A program made the translations under genes and the position numbers. This document shows, one piece after another, positions 61,678-64,000 of a DNA stretch of 64,000 bases. Origin of the DNA: Sphaerodactylus townsendi (lineage: Eukaryota); the NCBI RefSeq assembly GCF_021028975.2, contig NC_059439.1, forward strand, positions 22,568,001 through 22,632,000, in the 5' to 3' direction. The notes below the pieces were generated by a model, which was not told where the DNA came from, did not search any database, and saw only the letters and a list, made by a program, of their open reading frames with translations. Every line of letters begins with the position of its first letter. The stretch's first letter is position 1.

Positions 61678-63310
61678 GTAAGATGTAATTTAGGACTATT
61701 CCCATTCACAGACACCAAAGCATGAGGTAAATCATTGAGGAATAAATTGAATAAAGTAGGAGCCAGTATGCAACCTTGTTTAACCCCACGAGGAGTACTA
61801 ATTCTGCTGGTTAACTGACCTTCCCCAGAGCATCTAACTTGACAAATAGTGTTGGTATGCAACTGTTTGATCAGGAATAGAAGTCTGGGGTCAACATTCA
61901 ATGACCTCATCTTGTCCCACAGGAGATTTCTTGTCACGGTATCAAAGGCTCCTTTTAGGTCAATAAAAGCAGCAAATAATTTAGAAGCCTTTGTAGTAGC
62001 ATACTTATTTACCAGAAGGGAGAGTACTAAACAGTGATCTGAGGTTGACTTATTTCTACAAAATCCTGCTTGCTCAGGTCCAATGATTTTAGTTTGATCC
62101 AGCCAAGTTTGCAATCTAATCAATAATAATTTTGAATAGAGCTTTCCAATTACTGATAGTAGACTAATTGGCCGGTAATTGGAAGGATCAGTAGGGTACT
62201 AATACGGCTAATCGCCAGCTGTTTGGGATAGCACCTGTGTTATTAATGATGGTAAACACTGCCTCCAGGAGAGGGGTCCACCACTCCAGATCTGATTTCA
62301 AAATCTCCGGGATAATTGAACCTGGACCAGCCGCTTTCCCATTCTTTAGACCACTTATCAGATCAGCAATTTCCTGTACTGAGACAGGGGTCCAGTCAGG
62401 CAATTCAAGAGGGTCTACCACTGGGCACGGGGTTTCCAACTCATCAGCATAAAAAAGGTTAGAAAAGTAGCTATGCCAATTAAGTGGGGAAATTGATGAG
62501 GATGATGTCAGGCCCACATTACACGGTCCATTAATTAGATACCAGAACTGCTTGGAATTATTTGTTGCGGTCGCATGTAAAAGTTGGTTCCATTTAAGTT
62601 GGTTCCATTTTGCTGCTTCTGTTGTATGCAATGTTGGAGACAGCGCTTTAGGTTCTGAAGACTAGCAAGATCCGTGTTGGAATTAGATCTTCTGAATCTC
62701 CTATATAGGGACCTTATTTGTTGGTTAATTTTAATACATTCCTTGTCAAACCAGGAATTTTTTGAATTTCTTGTATCTCCTCTGGGATGGTCTTTGCTTA
62801 TCAAAGAATTTGTCAATTGGGTAATTAAGTTGTCAAACAGCTCTATCCCCACTCCTGGACTGTTTGCTTTAATTATACCCGATTTTAAATGGGAAATAAA
62901 AGGCAATTTTATAAAAGCTTTAAAAGTGGCCTCAGTTTGTGATGACCACTTCAAACGAAAATGTAGATCATTGTTGATGGATTCAGGATTTGTGGTAGAC
63001 TCAACAGAAAGAGAAAACACTAAAGGGAGATGGTCACTCAAGGCATAATCATCGACAACAAACTGGGAAATTGAACCTAAAAGTTGAGGGGAAACAAGGA
63101 CATAATCTATCACACTACAACCATTGGCTGACATAAAAGTAAAGCCATCTGCATTAGAGAACTTTCTCAAACCATTCAACCAAAGTTTGTTGAAACGCAT
63201 AGCAAATTTGGCTAAATTAAGACCTGCAAAATTACTGATTTGATCTTTTGATTGCCGAACTGCAGGAGTAAATAAAAATTGTATTACTTCGGAGTCACAG
63301 GTCACACTGT
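61678..63310 (-). mobile_element. RTE-X-like LINE A, 5' part (endonuclease end, linker, RT up to just before YADD)
   Basis: SVIDYVLVS...SDHLPL, WFDKEC, PEQAGF, FIDLKGAFDTV, GVKQGCILAPTLFNLFLNDL. Confidence 0.85.
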
Positions 63311-64000
63311 CCAATAAAGAGTACACACAGTTCAACAGCAAGAAATTCTGGTCAATTGTAAATGGCACTAGTAATCAAAATCACACAACAACTATCACTG
63401 AACAGCAATGGATACAGCATTACTCAACCCTCTTAACCGAACCCAGTAATTTCATTGAAGCGCAAAGCAAACCACAATTAACGGATCTCCCAATGTGGAC
63501 CCCACCAGAGGCAAATGTACTATCGACTATTATAAAAAGTCTCAAGAAAAATAAGACGCCTGGACTGGACGGGATTCCCAGTGAAGTCCTGTCTGAGCAC
63601 ACTGAATGGTGGACCCCAATTTTGGTTAAATTGTTCACTTACATTGACCAATACGGTTCAATTCCGGAGACGTGGTTATCATCAATAATAATACCAATCC
63701 ACAAAAAAAGGACCTGCTTGATCCTGGAAACTTTCGACCAATTAGCCTCCTGTCCATTATTGGGAAGGTTTATACTAAATACCTCGAAAGTAAGTTAAAA
63801 ACATGGATGACTGAAAACAACATCACAGGCCCTGAATAAGCTGGGTTTAAATCTGGAAAATCTACCATGGATCATTGCCTAACCCTCTACACTTTGGCAA
63901 ACAAATATCAATCCAAGGGTCAAGGAAAATTATATGCAGCCTTTTTAGATCTGAGTAGCGCATTTGATACAATTTCCAGAAGTATCCTATGGTCAAAATT
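63311..64000 (+). mobile_element. RTE-X-like LINE C fragment (linker and RT start), runs off the window
   Basis: NSKKFWSIVNG, KTPGLDGIPSE, IIPIHKK, AGFKSGKSTMDH, AAFLDLSSAFD. Confidence 0.85.

Noticed and set aside
61152-62123. Novel RT-then-endonuclease retroelement architecture
   Set aside because: The TSD shows it is a junction between two nested elements, and the RT part lacks YADD.

Overview
This is vertebrate genomic DNA, most likely from a gecko (Squam3-type SINEs with (CTT)n tails, plus Sauria SINEs and 5S-derived SINEs). It holds a class II olfactory receptor (OR) cluster of nine single-exon OR loci: six open frames (two OR14-like, two OR4-like, one OR6-like, one OR6/11-like) and three pseudogenes each broken by one visible lesion (a 351-bp L2 insertion, a ~10-bp deletion, a premature TAA). 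Between the genes are L2, CR1, L1 and RTE-X-like LINE fragments, SINEs, PIF/Harbinger and hAT MITEs, Penelope-derived palindromes with hammerhead-ribozyme-like cores, LTR-like segments, a 1.5-kb minisatellite and two N gaps. Most notable: (1) an intact chimeric OR with the upstream region and N-terminus of one neighbour and the body of the other; (2) a fixed-spacing homeodomain + O/E composite motif upstream of most of the ORs; (3) an OR whose C-terminus and stop come from an antisense SINE tail; (4) a TSD-defined nested LINE whose host is an in-frame, YADD-less deletion derivative. I see no new enzymatic system; the interest lies in OR gene birth, death and regulation. Family names come from motif recognition by eye, not database searches.
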